Source of the DNA: an uncultured Pseudomonadales bacterium
GTDB lineage: Bacteria; Patescibacteriota; Microgenomatia; UBA1400; PJMF01
Direction: 5' to 3'
Assembly (NCBI GenBank): GCA_964607285.1
Contig: CAZSJW010000001.1
Coordinates: 250,555 to 314,554 of the forward strand
DNA: 64,000 nt
The notes under the pieces: generated by a model
The model's input: only the letters and a program-made list of their open reading frames with translations
Told to the model about the DNA's origin: nothing
The model's database searches: none
In this document: positions 28,793-39,776 of the stretch, in pieces
Layout of the letters: the number at the start of each line of letters is the position of its first letter
Numbering within the stretch: the first letter of the stretch is position 1
Program-made: the position numbers and the translations under genes

Positions 28793-29836
28793 ATGGGATC
28801 ACTTGCATTGTTTTTAAGCGTTTTAATTCTCTCATTTATTGTCATGAGTGTAGCTATCATCCCTTTTATAAATTTGCTCTATAAACTCAAGTTCCAAAGA
28901 GCCCAGCAAGAAACACGCGATGTATTTGGTGTTCTAACACCAATATTTAACATGTTTCATCAATCCAAAGCTGGAGTCCCTGTTGGCGGTGGTTTACTCA
29001 TCATCACGGTAGTGTCTTTGCTATTTGCAGGTCTACTACCCCTGCTACACTCTGCAGGAGTCACAATCACCAGTATTCATAGAAATGCCCAAGCAGAAGT
29101 AAACATTCTTTTTTTCACCTTTTTGTCTTTCGGACTATTGGGGTTAGTCGATGACGTGAAGAAGTTTTTTAAGCTAAAAAATGCAGGTTTGTTCGGGTTA
29201 CGAATGAAACACAAGCTAGTACTTGAACTTATTTTAGGAACTGCAATAAGTTACCTGTTGTACAGCTCACTTGGGATTTCAATTCTACATGTGCCGTTCA
29301 TTGGTACGTTTGAGTTAGGGTTTTTCTTTGTTCCATTTGCTACTTTCACTATCGTAGCATTTGCTAATGCCATCAATGTTACTGATGGACTTGATGGTCT
29401 AGCATCGGGGTCGCTGATGATTTCTCTCTTTGGTTTGTGGTTCTTATCTGCACACATTTTGGATGTACCGATTTCATTGTTTCTAGCACTATTGATAGGA
29501 GCACTTATATCATTTCTTTACTTCAACGTTTTCCCCGCTCGACTTTTTATGGGAGATGTTGGATCACTGGCTTTTGGTGCGACCCTTGCAGTAGTTGGGT
29601 TGCTTCTTGGAAAAACAATTGCCTTGGTTGTCATCGGTTTTATCTTTGTCTTTGAAATTAGTAGTACTTTGATCCAATTGCTGGCAAAAAGATTTTTAAA
29701 ACGCAAAGTTTTTCCCGCAGCTCCATTTCACCTGACATTACAGCAATATGGCTGGGAAGAACCAAAAATTGTGCAACGCGCGTGGTTAGTACAAATCATG
29801 CTCACCTTGTTTGGCGTATGGCTAGCCGTCCTTTAA
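28793..29836 (+). CDS. mraY: Phospho-MurNAc-pentapeptide translocase
   Basis: KAGVPVGGG, GLVDD, NAINVTDGLDGLA, FMGDVGSL, APFH. Confidence 0.95.
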   Translation: MGSLALFLSVLILSFIVMSVAIIPFINLLYKLKFQRAQQETRDVFGVLTPIFNMFHQSKAGVPVGGGLLIITVVSLLFAGLLPLLHSAGVTITSIHRNAQAEVNILFFTFLSFGLLGLVDDVKKFFKLKNAGLFGLRMKHKLVLELILGTAISYLLYSSLGISILHVPFIGTFELGFFFVPFATFTIVAFANAINVTDGLDGLASGSLMISLFGLWFLSAHILDVPISLFLALLIGALISFLYFNVFPARLFMGDVGSLAFGATLAVVGLLLGKTIALVVIGFIFVFEISSTLIQLLAKRFLKRKVFPAAPFHLTLQQYGWEEPKIVQRAWLVQIMLTLFGVWLAVL

Positions 29837-29843
29837 AACTCAT

Positions 29844-30941
29844 ATGCGATCACTTGTCCGATCTACAACATGGGTTCAACTTAGTCCTGTACAAATCTTC
29901 GTACTTTTTGCAGTCCTATTTTGCGTCTTGGGTGTACTTTTTGTGTTTGAAGCATCAGTTGCAGAAAGCCAGGCTATAGTTGGACATCCATACCTTTTTG
30001 TTCGTCAACACCTTTTAGGATTAGGTATCGGTGCGATAGCTGCAGTTATCGGGTATCTGGTTCCCACAAAATTTTGGATTACCTGGAGTCATATTATTTT
30101 CTTTTTTTCAGTGCTATTACTCTGTTTAGTGCTTGTACCTGGAATTGGACTTGAATTGAATGGAGCACAACGCTGGCTATCCATTGGTCCACTCACATTC
30201 CAACCCGTTGAGCTTGCAAAGTTTGGAGTTGTAGCCTTCTATTCAGCATGGCTGAGCAAACACCAGAGAATTCAGCCGTTCATTGTCATTACAGGTCTAC
30301 TAGCAGTGCTTGTCATGCTTCAGCCAGATTTAGGTTCATTGTTAGTACTTGGTGGCATAGCTTGTAGTATGTATTTTTTAGCAGGTGGCCAAATAAAGTA
30401 CCTACTTGGTACAGCTGCGGGCATTGTTCCTGCATTAGGACTACTTATTTTCTTCTCACCATACAGATGGCAACGAGTCCAAACGTTTATAAATCCCGAT
30501 TCAGATCCACTCGGCGCGAGTTACCATTTTAGACAAATCACCATTGCCCTCGGGCGTGGCGGTATATTTGGACAGGGTATAGGCAACTCCAGACAACGCT
30601 TCTCATTTATTCCTGAGGCAAGTACCGACTCCATATTTGCAATTATTGCTGAAGAAATTGGATATGTAGGATCGGGCATGTTACTCCTATTTTTTGTAGC
30701 CTTTTTTTGGGTAGGGTATAAAGCAGTGCTTCGCTCTTCAGTAACTGAGCCTGAGCGACTACTAGGACTGGGACTACTCGCATGGCTTAGTCTTCAAAGT
30801 GTGCTAAACCTTAGTGCAGTTGTTGGGTTGGTCCCTCTCACAGGGATACCTTTGCCATTTTTCTCATATGGAAGAACCTCACAAGTCATGATATTGTTTG
30901 CCACAGGCATACTTGCTCGTGTAGCAAAAAAACAACGGTAA
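29844..30941 (+). CDS. ftsW: SEDS protein FtsW
   Basis: NGAQRW, FQPVELAK, QPDLG, PEASTDSIF, TGIPLPFFSYG; dcw position. Confidence 0.93.
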   Translation: MRSLVRSTTWVQLSPVQIFVLFAVLFCVLGVLFVFEASVAESQAIVGHPYLFVRQHLLGLGIGAIAAVIGYLVPTKFWITWSHIIFFFSVLLLCLVLVPGIGLELNGAQRWLSIGPLTFQPVELAKFGVVAFYSAWLSKHQRIQPFIVITGLLAVLVMLQPDLGSLLVLGGIACSMYFLAGGQIKYLLGTAAGIVPALGLLIFFSPYRWQRVQTFINPDSDPLGASYHFRQITIALGRGGIFGQGIGNSRQRFSFIPEASTDSIFAIIAEEIGYVGSGMLLLFFVAFFWVGYKAVLRSSVTEPERLLGLGLLAWLSLQSVLNLSAVVGLVPLTGIPLPFFSYGRTSQVMILFATGILARVAKKQR

Positions 30942-30955
30942 CTGTGTGATGCATT

Positions 30956-32071
30956 ATGAAAATCTTACTAACTGGTGGTCATCTGACTCCTGCTTTAGCA
31001 CTCATTGATTACCTCAAGGTACATCTCCCTGAAGCTGAGTTGGTTTTCGTGGGAAGGGAGTACGCTCAATCAAATCGACAAAAAGCACATGAGAGAACGG
31101 AAGTACAAGAACGAAATGTGCCGTTTTTCCCCATTCATTCAGGTAAGTTGGGATTTGCCAACCCAGTCCAATTAATTGGGCAAAGCTTTAGAATAATAGC
31201 TGCAACAATAACATCATTTGTAATCCTGCTAAAACTTAAACCAGACATCTGCGTATCATTCGGAAGTTATTTAGCAGTACCCGTAACACTTGCTGCTTGG
31301 GTCTTAAGAATTCCAGTCCTTACTCATGAACAAACCAAAACAGCTGGTTTCGCAAATCGAGTAATTGGACTCATGGCAAAAAAAATTGCCATAGCGTATC
31401 CTGAAAGCGTACCATTTTTCCCAAGAAAAAAAACTCTACTTACGGGTAATTTGGTACGAGAGCGAGTACTAACACAGTCAAACACAAAACCTGAATGGAT
31501 AACCAATAAAACAGTACTCCCAATCCTGTATATTACTGGTGGAAGTCAAGGGTCAGAAATTATTAATAGCACAATATCACAGTCGCTCAAACGCTTACTG
31601 AAGGGGTGGTGTATCATCCATCAGTGTGGAAACCCCAGTGCGCACCGGGATTATGCTGCCGAATTACGCTTATCTGCAGCCCAACTGCCCAGCAGCTTGC
31701 AACAAAGGTACTATGTGAGAGAGTGGATTTCTGATAGTGACTTAGCTTGGATTTACACCCACGCTACAGCAATAATCTCGCGTGCAGGTGCGAACTCGGT
31801 AGAAGAAATAGCTTTACGAGGAATTCCTGCAATACTAATTCCACTTCCATTCTCTTTACGTGATGAGCAGCTACATAATGCTTTGGCACTGAGTGAAAAG
31901 GGGCAAGCCATGTTACTTCCACAAAAAGATTTGAATCCTGAGACATTGCTTTTGACTATTAGTCAGCTTACAAAAAAAAGTAGGAGCATTAAAGAATCTT
32001 TGAGCGATTATGTAAGTGATTCTAAGACAGCCTTACCAACTGTGACTAAACTGATAACTGAGATTGTGTAA
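30956..32071 (+). CDS. murG: Lipid II GlcNAc transferase
   Basis: TGGHLTPA, HEQ, TGN, TGGSQG, ISRAGA, EQLHNA. Confidence 0.94.
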   Translation: MKILLTGGHLTPALALIDYLKVHLPEAELVFVGREYAQSNRQKAHERTEVQERNVPFFPIHSGKLGFANPVQLIGQSFRIIAATITSFVILLKLKPDICVSFGSYLAVPVTLAAWVLRIPVLTHEQTKTAGFANRVIGLMAKKIAIAYPESVPFFPRKKTLLTGNLVRERVLTQSNTKPEWITNKTVLPILYITGGSQGSEIINSTISQSLKRLLKGWCIIHQCGNPSAHRDYAAELRLSAAQLPSSLQQRYYVREWISDSDLAWIYTHATAIISRAGANSVEEIALRGIPAILIPLPFSLRDEQLHNALALSEKGQAMLLPQKDLNPETLLLTISQLTKKSRSIKESLSDYVSDSKTALPTVTKLITEIV

Positions 32072-32094
32072 GTAGCCTTTATAAACTAGTACGC

Positions 32095-32802
32095 ATGAAA
32101 ACTATCATAAGTAAGATTTTTATTATTTGTATTGCTGTCACTTTTTTGTTTTGCATGCTTCGATACGTTGTTGTTGTCCACACAATTACTTGTTCAGTAA
32201 CAGACACAAGCGAACCTTGTCCAAACGAAGTAGTCTCAGATCTTCAAGTGTTGCTTGGAAACCCATTACTTTTTTCAAATCTTCCCACTGCAATTGAGTC
32301 GAGTATTTCAACTCAAGCATATGTATTGAACGGTTACAACCGACAACTACCTAACACCCTTGAAGTGCAACTGCACACAGCTGAGTATGAATTCGGAATC
32401 TCTACTGCAAAACGCAGTTTTACAGTCACCACAACTGGCAACATCCTTGAGAGACCAATCCCCTCCGAATTGCCTACTATTCATATGGAAAACAACTCTA
32501 TCTCAGAGCACACTCTTCCTTCAAATGAAATTATCACAATAGGGGAAACAGCGCTTAGCACATTATCTGCAATTAACCTCCCTTACAAATCAATACGGTA
32601 TGTATCTGACCAAGAAATGAAAATCGAATTGCAGGATACACCGATAACAGTTATAGTAGATCCCACAAGTGCTGAAGAGCAAATCAAATCTGTCCCACTT
32701 ATTCTGCAAAGTACTCAGGTTCAAACAATACCAGAGAAAATAATTGAACTTGATTTGCGATTTAACTTGCCCGTCATTCGTACCTCAGTACTAACAGAAT
32801 GA
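32095..32802 (+). CDS. FtsQ/DivIB-like protein
   Basis: N-terminal TM, RQLPNTLEV POTRA-end motif, C-terminal LDLRF; lies between murG and ftsA. Confidence 0.7.
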   Translation: MKTIISKIFIICIAVTFLFCMLRYVVVVHTITCSVTDTSEPCPNEVVSDLQVLLGNPLLFSNLPTAIESSISTQAYVLNGYNRQLPNTLEVQLHTAEYEFGISTAKRSFTVTTTGNILERPIPSELPTIHMENNSISEHTLPSNEIITIGETALSTLSAINLPYKSIRYVSDQEMKIELQDTPITVIVDPTSAEEQIKSVPLILQSTQVQTIPEKIIELDLRFNLPVIRTSVLTE

Positions 32803-32874
32803 CAAGTGATGCAACATCTCAGACTGCAGTTTCCCAAACTGCGGCAACTCTGATATGCTTAGCAGACTGAAACT

Positions 32875-34200
32875 ATGGCTCAAACTTCTGTAATTACCGC
32901 GATTGATGTTGGGACTGATAAGTGCGTCACACTGATTGCATCTTTAGTACCCAACACGAACGAACTGCGAGTCTTGGGGGTCTCTGCCGTACCTTCCAAA
33001 GGCATGCGTAAAAGTCAGATCATTGACTTAGAACAAGTTCTCTCCACCATTACCGAAAGCTTGGATGGCGCAGAGCGTATGGCAGGCATGGATATAAAGA
33101 GTGCCTATGTATCAGTTTCAGGAGCACACATTGGTTCTTTGAACTCTAAAGGAGTTGTTGCTGTTGCTGCACCAGACCAGGAAATTATTCAAGAAGATGT
33201 AAACCGTGTTATTGAGGCAGCAAGAGCAATTTCGCTGTCTTCTGACAGAGAAATAATTCATGTCATTCCTAAGAATTTCAAAGTAGATTCACAGGATGGC
33301 ATAAAGGACCCCGTCGGCATGACGGGAGTACGGCTTGAGTCTGAAGCCCACATAATCACTGGTATGTCTACAGCCCTCCGCAATTTAGAAAAGTGCATGC
33401 ATGATCTTGGTCTGACCGTGGATGGTTTTGTGTTTGCTGGGCTTGCTGCAGCTGAAGTTGTACTCTCGGATACAGAGAAAGAACTAGGAATTGCAGTGAT
33501 CGATATTGGGGCGGGCAGCACTTCGCTTTGTGTATATGTGGATGGATCACTTGAGTTTACTACTTGCCTACCTGTAGGGGCACGGCACATAACACAAGAT
33601 ATAGCCCTTGGTTGCCGCGTAAGTATTGATACAGCTGAAAAAATAAAGATAGCGCTTTCAGCGGAAGTTCAGAAACCACTACTACCACATGCTGGAGAGT
33701 CCAAAGCAGAGTTTAATAAAAGGCGCAAAAAAGCTGATGAACTTAAACTGGCTGACATTGAGCAATCGGAGAGCACAGAAGTTCTCTCAAAACGTGATAT
33801 TCTTGAGGGAATTATGCTTCCTCGGATGCAAGAGATATTTTCTCTGGTTTCTGAAAAGCTCAAAGCACAGAATTTGCTATCCTCCATTCCTGCTGGTGTA
33901 GTAATCTCTGGTGGTGGGGCTGAAACTGCTCAAATTGCAGAAGTTGCAAAACGGGAACTCAATTTACCTGCTCGAATAGGGAAACCTGTAGAGCTGCAAG
34001 GATTAATCACAGACATTCATAAACCATCATACGCAGCAAGTGTCGGTCTGCTCATGCATGGTAAAAAACGAGGCAGCAGTGTGCCACCAAGTACATTGGG
34101 AGGCATTTCTGCTTTTTTCAAAGCCTCTCAACATACTGGTGGGGCTAATGGTTCTCTAGTACAAAAAATCATTTCATTTGCCAAGTCATTTTTGCCGTAA
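32875..34200 (+). CDS. ftsA: Cell division protein FtsA
   Basis: AIDVGTDK, DPVGMTGVRLE, IDIGAGST, HITQDIA, AEKIK, SGGGA. Confidence 0.96.
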   Translation: MAQTSVITAIDVGTDKCVTLIASLVPNTNELRVLGVSAVPSKGMRKSQIIDLEQVLSTITESLDGAERMAGMDIKSAYVSVSGAHIGSLNSKGVVAVAAPDQEIIQEDVNRVIEAARAISLSSDREIIHVIPKNFKVDSQDGIKDPVGMTGVRLESEAHIITGMSTALRNLEKCMHDLGLTVDGFVFAGLAAAEVVLSDTEKELGIAVIDIGAGSTSLCVYVDGSLEFTTCLPVGARHITQDIALGCRVSIDTAEKIKIALSAEVQKPLLPHAGESKAEFNKRRKKADELKLADIEQSESTEVLSKRDILEGIMLPRMQEIFSLVSEKLKAQNLLSSIPAGVVISGGGAETAQIAEVAKRELNLPARIGKPVELQGLITDIHKPSYAASVGLLMHGKKRGSSVPPSTLGGISAFFKASQHTGGANGSLVQKIISFAKSFLP

Positions 34201-34260
34201 AACGTACAAGCTATATACACAGATAACTTTGTTCCAAGGTGTTTAAACCGAAAGCAAGCT

Positions 34261-34289
34261 TTGCAATCCTCACGAAACAGTGATACACT
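34261..34289 (+). promoter_or_regulatory. Dedicated ftsZ promoter
   Basis: TTGCAA-17 nt-TACACT with extended TG, in the 126-bp ftsA-ftsZ gap. Confidence 0.65.
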
Positions 34290-34326
34290 TTGAGCCGAAT
34301 AGTAGATAGTATTTTTAAGCGATGTT

Positions 34327-35649
34327 ATGGCATTAGTCAAACCTTCAAACACAACCTTCGCAAAGATAAAAGTTATAGGTGTTGGGGGTGGTGGTGGTAA
34401 TGCGGTTAACTCAATGATTTCTTCAAACCAAATTCAAGGTGTGGAGTTTATTACAGTAAACACTGATGCTCAGGCTTTACTGACGTCAAAAGCAGACACC
34501 AAGCTGCAAATCGGCTCAAACTTCACTAAAGGTTTGGGTTCAGGAGCAGACCCAGAGGTTGGGCGGACAGCAGCCGAGGAATCATATGAGAAATTGAAAG
34601 ATCTTCTTTACGACACAGACATGATTTTCATCACAGCAGGTATGGGTGGTGGCACAGGAACTGGTGCTTCTCCTATTATTGCTGAAATTGCCAAAGAGAG
34701 TGGAGCACTGACAGTAGCAGTGGTCACCAAACCATTTGCCTTCGAGGGTGTCCGACGTATGCGCACCGCAGAAGATGGCATCGCTTCACTAAAAGAAACT
34801 GTAGACACTCTCATTGTTATCCCTAATCAACGTTTGATGGATGTAGTTGATAAAAAAATGACCTTACTAGATGCATTTCGCCTTGCGGACAACGTTCTTG
34901 GTCAAGGAGTACAAGGCATTTCTGACCTTATTACTGTACCAGGTCTGATCAACGTAGACTTTGCAGACGTCAAAACTATCATGACTGAGTCGGGATCAGC
35001 TCTGATGGGAATAGGAGAAGCTAGCGGTGAAAATAGAGCTGCAACCGCAGCTCGTATGGCAATCGCCTCACCACTTCTGGAAGTCTCTATTGATGGTGCA
35101 AAGGGCATTCTCTACAACATCATTGGTGGTGAAGATATGACTATGACAGAAGTTTCAGATGCTTCAGCAATTATAGCTAATGCTGCTGATCCAGATGCAA
35201 ACATAATTTTTGGTGCAACCATAAACGAGAACATGGGTACTAACATCAAAATTAGCGTCATTGCCACTGGATTTGACGACCGACAAATGGGATATGCAAA
35301 TTCCAACCGACCTCTATTTGGAGCATACAGCAGAGACTCCAGGAGTCGATTAGGAGCACAGCGTGCGGATCAGCAACCACCTGAACCAACAGAGCCCACA
35401 CAACCTAGGATAGACAGAGCTCCTTCTGGTTTTACACAACCTCTCACAACTTCACAAATTTCTTCTCAAAATTTATCTATGGCAACATCTGACCCTTTCG
35501 TAAGATCTCAAGCTTTTGGTGATCAAGTAGGAAATCAAACTCAACAAAAATCATCTGCTGTAGATACCAACCAAGATGAGGATTCTGATACAGATTCCAC
35601 AGCGTTTGATGACGAGTTTGAGATTCCAGCCTTCTTGAGAAAGAAGTAG
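34327..35649 (+). CDS. ftsZ: Cell division protein FtsZ
   Basis: [26 protein letters not shown]-terminal EIPAFLR. Confidence 0.98.
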   Translation: MALVKPSNTTFAKIKVIGVGGGGGNAVNSMISSNQIQGVEFITVNTDAQALLTSKADTKLQIGSNFTKGLGSGADPEVGRTAAEESYEKLKDLLYDTDMIFITAGMGGGTGTGASPIIAEIAKESGALTVAVVTKPFAFEGVRRMRTAEDGIASLKETVDTLIVIPNQRLMDVVDKKMTLLDAFRLADNVLGQGVQGISDLITVPGLINVDFADVKTIMTESGSALMGIGEASGENRAATAARMAIASPLLEVSIDGAKGILYNIIGGEDMTMTEVSDASAIIANAADPDANIIFGATINENMGTNIKISVIATGFDDRQMGYANSNRPLFGAYSRDSRSRLGAQRADQQPPEPTEPTQPRIDRAPSGFTQPLTTSQISSQNLSMATSDPFVRSQAFGDQVGNQTQQKSSAVDTNQDEDSDTDSTAFDDEFEIPAFLRKK

Positions 35650-35674
35650 CGTACAAAGTTGAAAAAACTACTAT

Positions 35675-36250
35675 ATGGCAGTACCCACAGAGTTATTTGG
35701 TAAAGGTGAGTGTGCATTCGATTTTTATACCTGGGCTAAAAATGATGGTTCGTTTTCATGGGTTTCCTATGCAGTTCTGGTTGGCATTCTCAATGGATGC
35801 CCACGACCAAGAACTAATGTCGAAAAAAAAGTCACACATACTTTTGGACCTGAAAGTTCTGCCAAAGCATATGTAAAAGACCATCTGCCACAAAATTTTT
35901 GGTGGGGGTGGTTGTTAGATACTATGAAACAACATAACCCCGTGTTGCATACTGCCTGGATTGAGTACAGCGAACCAGTTCCATCTGACATCAAGTATGA
36001 GCCTGAAAATGTGCCCGCAAACTTCTTGAATAATCCTATTCGATTATTAGCTACAGATGCAGCTTACTCACTGATTCTGGGCATACATCAAAGACTAACG
36101 AGCGAAAAACATGTTCTATATGAGTTTACTGACATCATGGATGTGGTGTATCAAGAGCTACTGGTTGCTACCACCGTTGAGACATTTGTTGCGAACGTCA
36201 CACACATACTGAATGACAAGTTTCCTGTTCACCCTGAAGCGTCATCTTAA
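35675..36250 (+). CDS. Hypothetical protein
   Basis: 191-aa ORF, no recognised motif. Confidence 0.6.
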   Translation: MAVPTELFGKGECAFDFYTWAKNDGSFSWVSYAVLVGILNGCPRPRTNVEKKVTHTFGPESSAKAYVKDHLPQNFWWGWLLDTMKQHNPVLHTAWIEYSEPVPSDIKYEPENVPANFLNNPIRLLATDAAYSLILGIHQRLTSEKHVLYEFTDIMDVVYQELLVATTVETFVANVTHILNDKFPVHPEASS

Positions 36251-36361
36251 AACGATTGATCAACATTTTTTGTTGCAATTTATGCAGTCATCTGCAGTTT
36301 GCATATCCCAATAGTTTTGTTATAATCAGCTCAGAAATAGTAGTAACTACTCATATCAACT

Positions 36362-37206
36362 ATGCGCTTCATCGAATCCATTCGCTTATACCTCAATAGG
36401 AAAGAAAATAGCCAACAGGCTCCTGATGATTCTGGTGCTACAGATCTAGGAGTGCAGCTATTTCAAGATATGGCAAGTAAGTTACAGGCTGACAATCAAG
36501 GTTTAAAAGATGAGGTAGCTCAGCGAAATGCAGCAATTTCACAACTCAAGCTGGAGTATGCAGTAAAATTGCCGAACTTGAATCACTTCTTGCACAAAGT
36601 GTGCAATATCCACAGCAACCTAACGAATTTGGAACTGTCATTGCTCTGACAGAATCACAATCCAATCTGAATCTTGCTGTACAAATCGCTCATGAACAGC
36701 AAGAAACACCTGCAAAGTATGAAACGCTTCTCAAACAGTTCATTGCAGAAGTAGAGCAGTTGCCAACTGACACTGACAGCTGGTTTTCATACTTTATCAA
36801 TATTTGGTCAAAAGAGTTTCCTGTCAGTATATCTTTTCGATTTAGAAATCAAAATGGACTGGAGCAGCTGGATTTTCTGGTGGTGGGAAACAGTGGTGCT
36901 GAACAAAAAGTGCTCACTTGCTCAAGAATTATTGGAGCGAAAACAGCTGAATTTACTGTTACTGAACATAGTAAACACCAACTTGAAAAAGTTGTTGCCT
37001 TTTGCGTGGGGCTTGCGGAACAGTGTGCGAGTACTCAAACCTCCGCGATCTCAATTTTGCAACATTTCGATCATACAAAAACTACCACCCTCATGGGGTA
37101 TTCAGCCGATAAACCAGGAATACTGGCCGTTGAGCAACCAGCTACTAGAATGAACAACCAACTGAATCTAATGCACCTACTGCATGAATTTGGGAAAAAT
37201 TTGTAG
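36362..37206 (+). pseudogene. Frameshifted hypothetical coiled-coil protein (~281 aa if joined)
   Basis: ORFs 36362-36649 and 36601-37206 join by a -1 shift near 36560-36568, giving a continuous heptad ...ISQLKLEYA(V/S)KIAELESLLAQS. Confidence 0.6.
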
Positions 37207-37227
37207 CTGCAGTGCTATACTTTCCCT

Positions 37228-37977
37228 ATGGAAACTGAACAATATACCCCGTTACGCTTGCCAGAGCTGGCAGCGAAACTGCTAAAAGAACTTGGTCCCG
37301 CCAGTGAAATACTCTGTGATATCAATGATCAAGGTTTTGTCACACTTACGACTAATCATGGAGTGGTATTAAATTCTTTACTTACTCCAAAATCCAAAAT
37401 TAAACAGGATGAGAAAAGAAATTCATATACGGGATGGTGGTTTGGAGATACACTTCATATAAATGCTAGGGATGCGGTCAAACATACAGTTGGTAAAGCA
37501 ATTCTTGCACATGAATTCGGTCATAATGATATATGGTTACAGAGATATGATCATGATGAAGTCTTAGAAATGCAACTATTAAATAGCTATTCAAGGTCGG
37601 GTGAACCACTAGAAAATTTGGTTTCACAAATTAGCAAAGTAGCACGTATTGTAATTACGACAGAGTTAGAAGCATGGGAAAGCGGTATTCCTGTAGCAAA
37701 ACTGATCGGCGTACCTGAGCGAGTTTTTGAAAGTGTTCGCGCGAAAGCCTTAGAGCTGTCATTTCTGACAACACTTGAGACACTTGCTGAGAGGTTAGAA
37801 TTTTTTGTTCTCAGTAACAATCAATTTCATAGCGATTTTTTGACACAATCAATGGAAATCTTTCATCCTTTCGAGGGGGAGCAAGTTAAGTCAATTGGTG
37901 AACTCATTGATACAAAGCTTACAAAAAAAATGATTGAGGACGGCGAGCATCAACTGCAATTGTTACTCGAGAAATAA
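37228..37977 (+). CDS. Hypothetical protein with HExxH zincin-like motif
   Basis: ILAHEFGH plus downstream ELEAW. Confidence 0.6.
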   Translation: METEQYTPLRLPELAAKLLKELGPASEILCDINDQGFVTLTTNHGVVLNSLLTPKSKIKQDEKRNSYTGWWFGDTLHINARDAVKHTVGKAILAHEFGHNDIWLQRYDHDEVLEMQLLNSYSRSGEPLENLVSQISKVARIVITTELEAWESGIPVAKLIGVPERVFESVRAKALELSFLTTLETLAERLEFFVLSNNQFHSDFLTQSMEIFHPFEGEQVKSIGELIDTKLTKKMIEDGEHQLQLLLEK

Positions 37978-38082
37978 TCAGGGACACTTTCTGAGTGTAT
38001 GTTGGAATCTATCTACTCAGTCAGCAATCTAGTGCAATACTTCTGTTGATCTTAATACAATGAGTAGATACCGACACTTCAG

Positions 38083-39687
38083 CTAGCGTGCCTCTGCAAT
38101 CAAGTCCGGATGTTCTTTATCGATATACCAGTAATAAATAATTTCTAGCAATCTTCCAAAGTATTTTTCTGCATAACTGTCTTCTGCATCATCTGGATCT
38201 GGGTAGTATGTTCTCAAGAACTGCATAGCCATTGTGATTAGTACTTCCCTGTTCTGATCTTCGAGTGGCAACCGCAACACTGCCTCGGCAAACGCACCTA
38301 CGTTTCTCAGTTTAAGTCTGTTAAGGACAACACCAATCAGTAAACAATGATTAAAATTGTCTTCTCTCAATTCAAAGCTTAAAGCTCTGTACAATCCCAA
38401 CAACGTTGAGAACTCACTCGGTTTTCCTTGATCGTGCTCAACAACCTCAAGAGCATTGTTCATACTTCGCAAGGTAACGTCTGAAATTGCATTATTGTGG
38501 GCTCTCAAAGCTGCTTTTGTGGTTGCATCCACAAATGGTAACAACGGAACCACAAAGGCTGGATTGTGATCCGAAATTGAAGGGTCAATAGCTATTAGAT
38601 CTTTGAAAACCTGCATCAGTTCAACCAGTTCACTGGAGTTTAGTTGGAGAATGTTTTTTGAATCTTTGCACACTTCCAAGAAACCATTAAAAATAATTCC
38701 TGCATACTTAGGTAGGTTAAATCGATCTCGCTGTAACATAGCTCGTACCTCTTGAGGATCCAGTACTGCTACAATATCAGATACAGTTGCTTCAGACTGA
38801 TCATCTGTCCCAAGGGTATCAGCAAACTTGCTGAGGAGGGTGTTCCTGATCGCAAGTATTGCACTTTTCATTTCTGCAAAAATCACAGGGAAGGCGAGAT
38901 CGTTTACTCCAGGTTTTAGTTCTGTTCTATCCAAATATTTATGAATTCCTGGAATTGGCTTATCTTCATTCCTAGCTAATCGAACCAAGTGCTTGTAGTC
39001 AGAGAGCAACTCAAAAAAATTTTCAGCTCGTTTTTCATTTGTAAAGCGTGACAAACTACAGTCTTCAAAGGCCCTGATAATCAAGGCGGCTTGTTGCTCC
39101 GTAGTCAACTCTTCCCGTGCGCAAAGAGAGATGACCCTATACGAATCTTCCTCTTGCCATGAGTGCTTGGTCATTCTTAGGGAGACTGCAACTAAATCAG
39201 AAAATAATTGAAAAACACTGTCGTCATTCTGCTTTGTGTTTCTGGGAAACTTAACTTCGCCCGCAATATACTCTATCCATGCTTCAATCTTTTCACGGAG
39301 AGCACGGGTAATCAAGGCATCTGATCTACAGAGTGCAGCCAGTGCATGTGCAAGTCCTTTTGAGAAAGTGTTCACGTATCGATTTTTATCTTTCTCAGAC
39401 CAATCAACCCAGTCTGTAAACGACTCTTTAAACTGAATTATAAGAGTTTCTAAGTCTACCGTGAATGAGGCGCCACTAGATTCACGACCTCCACCCTGCA
39501 TTTCCATAATCTGTCCAATGGTTTCAAAATCCTGAAGAAATTTTTTTTCAATCCTTGCTACATCACCACGATTTGCTCGCACTTTTCCAGTCAGATGTTG
39601 GTGCAGTTCCTGCAATTCATTCCGCAATTGTGGTAGTACCCGCTTATAAATGAATGAAGGATGCTCTGTATACTCTGGTGATTTCAT
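38083..39687 (-). CDS. Hypothetical alpha-helical protein
   Basis: 534-aa ORF, no recognised motif. Confidence 0.65.
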   Translation of the reverse strand: MKSPEYTEHPSFIYKRVLPQLRNELQELHQHLTGKVRANRGDVARIEKKFLQDFETIGQIMEMQGGGRESSGASFTVDLETLIIQFKESFTDWVDWSEKDKNRYVNTFSKGLAHALAALCRSDALITRALREKIEAWIEYIAGEVKFPRNTKQNDDSVFQLFSDLVAVSLRMTKHSWQEEDSYRVISLCAREELTTEQQAALIIRAFEDCSLSRFTNEKRAENFFELLSDYKHLVRLARNEDKPIPGIHKYLDRTELKPGVNDLAFPVIFAEMKSAILAIRNTLLSKFADTLGTDDQSEATVSDIVAVLDPQEVRAMLQRDRFNLPKYAGIIFNGFLEVCKDSKNILQLNSSELVELMQVFKDLIAIDPSISDHNPAFVVPLLPFVDATTKAALRAHNNAISDVTLRSMNNALEVVEHDQGKPSEFSTLLGLYRALSFELREDNFNHCLLIGVVLNRLKLRNVGAFAEAVLRLPLEDQNREVLITMAMQFLRTYYPDPDDAEDSYAEKYFGRLLEIIYYWYIDKEHPDLIAEAR

Positions 39688-39741
39688 GCGACATTTCTCT
39701 ATTTAAAACTTAATAGCTGAATTATACTGACGTTTTTTTGG

Positions 39742-39770
39742 TTGACAACAGGTGTTTATCATGTGACAAT
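39742..39770 (+). promoter_or_regulatory. Promoter of the ileS leader
   Basis: TTGACA-17 nt-GACAAT with extended TG. Confidence 0.65.
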
Positions 39771-39776
39771 ACGAAC

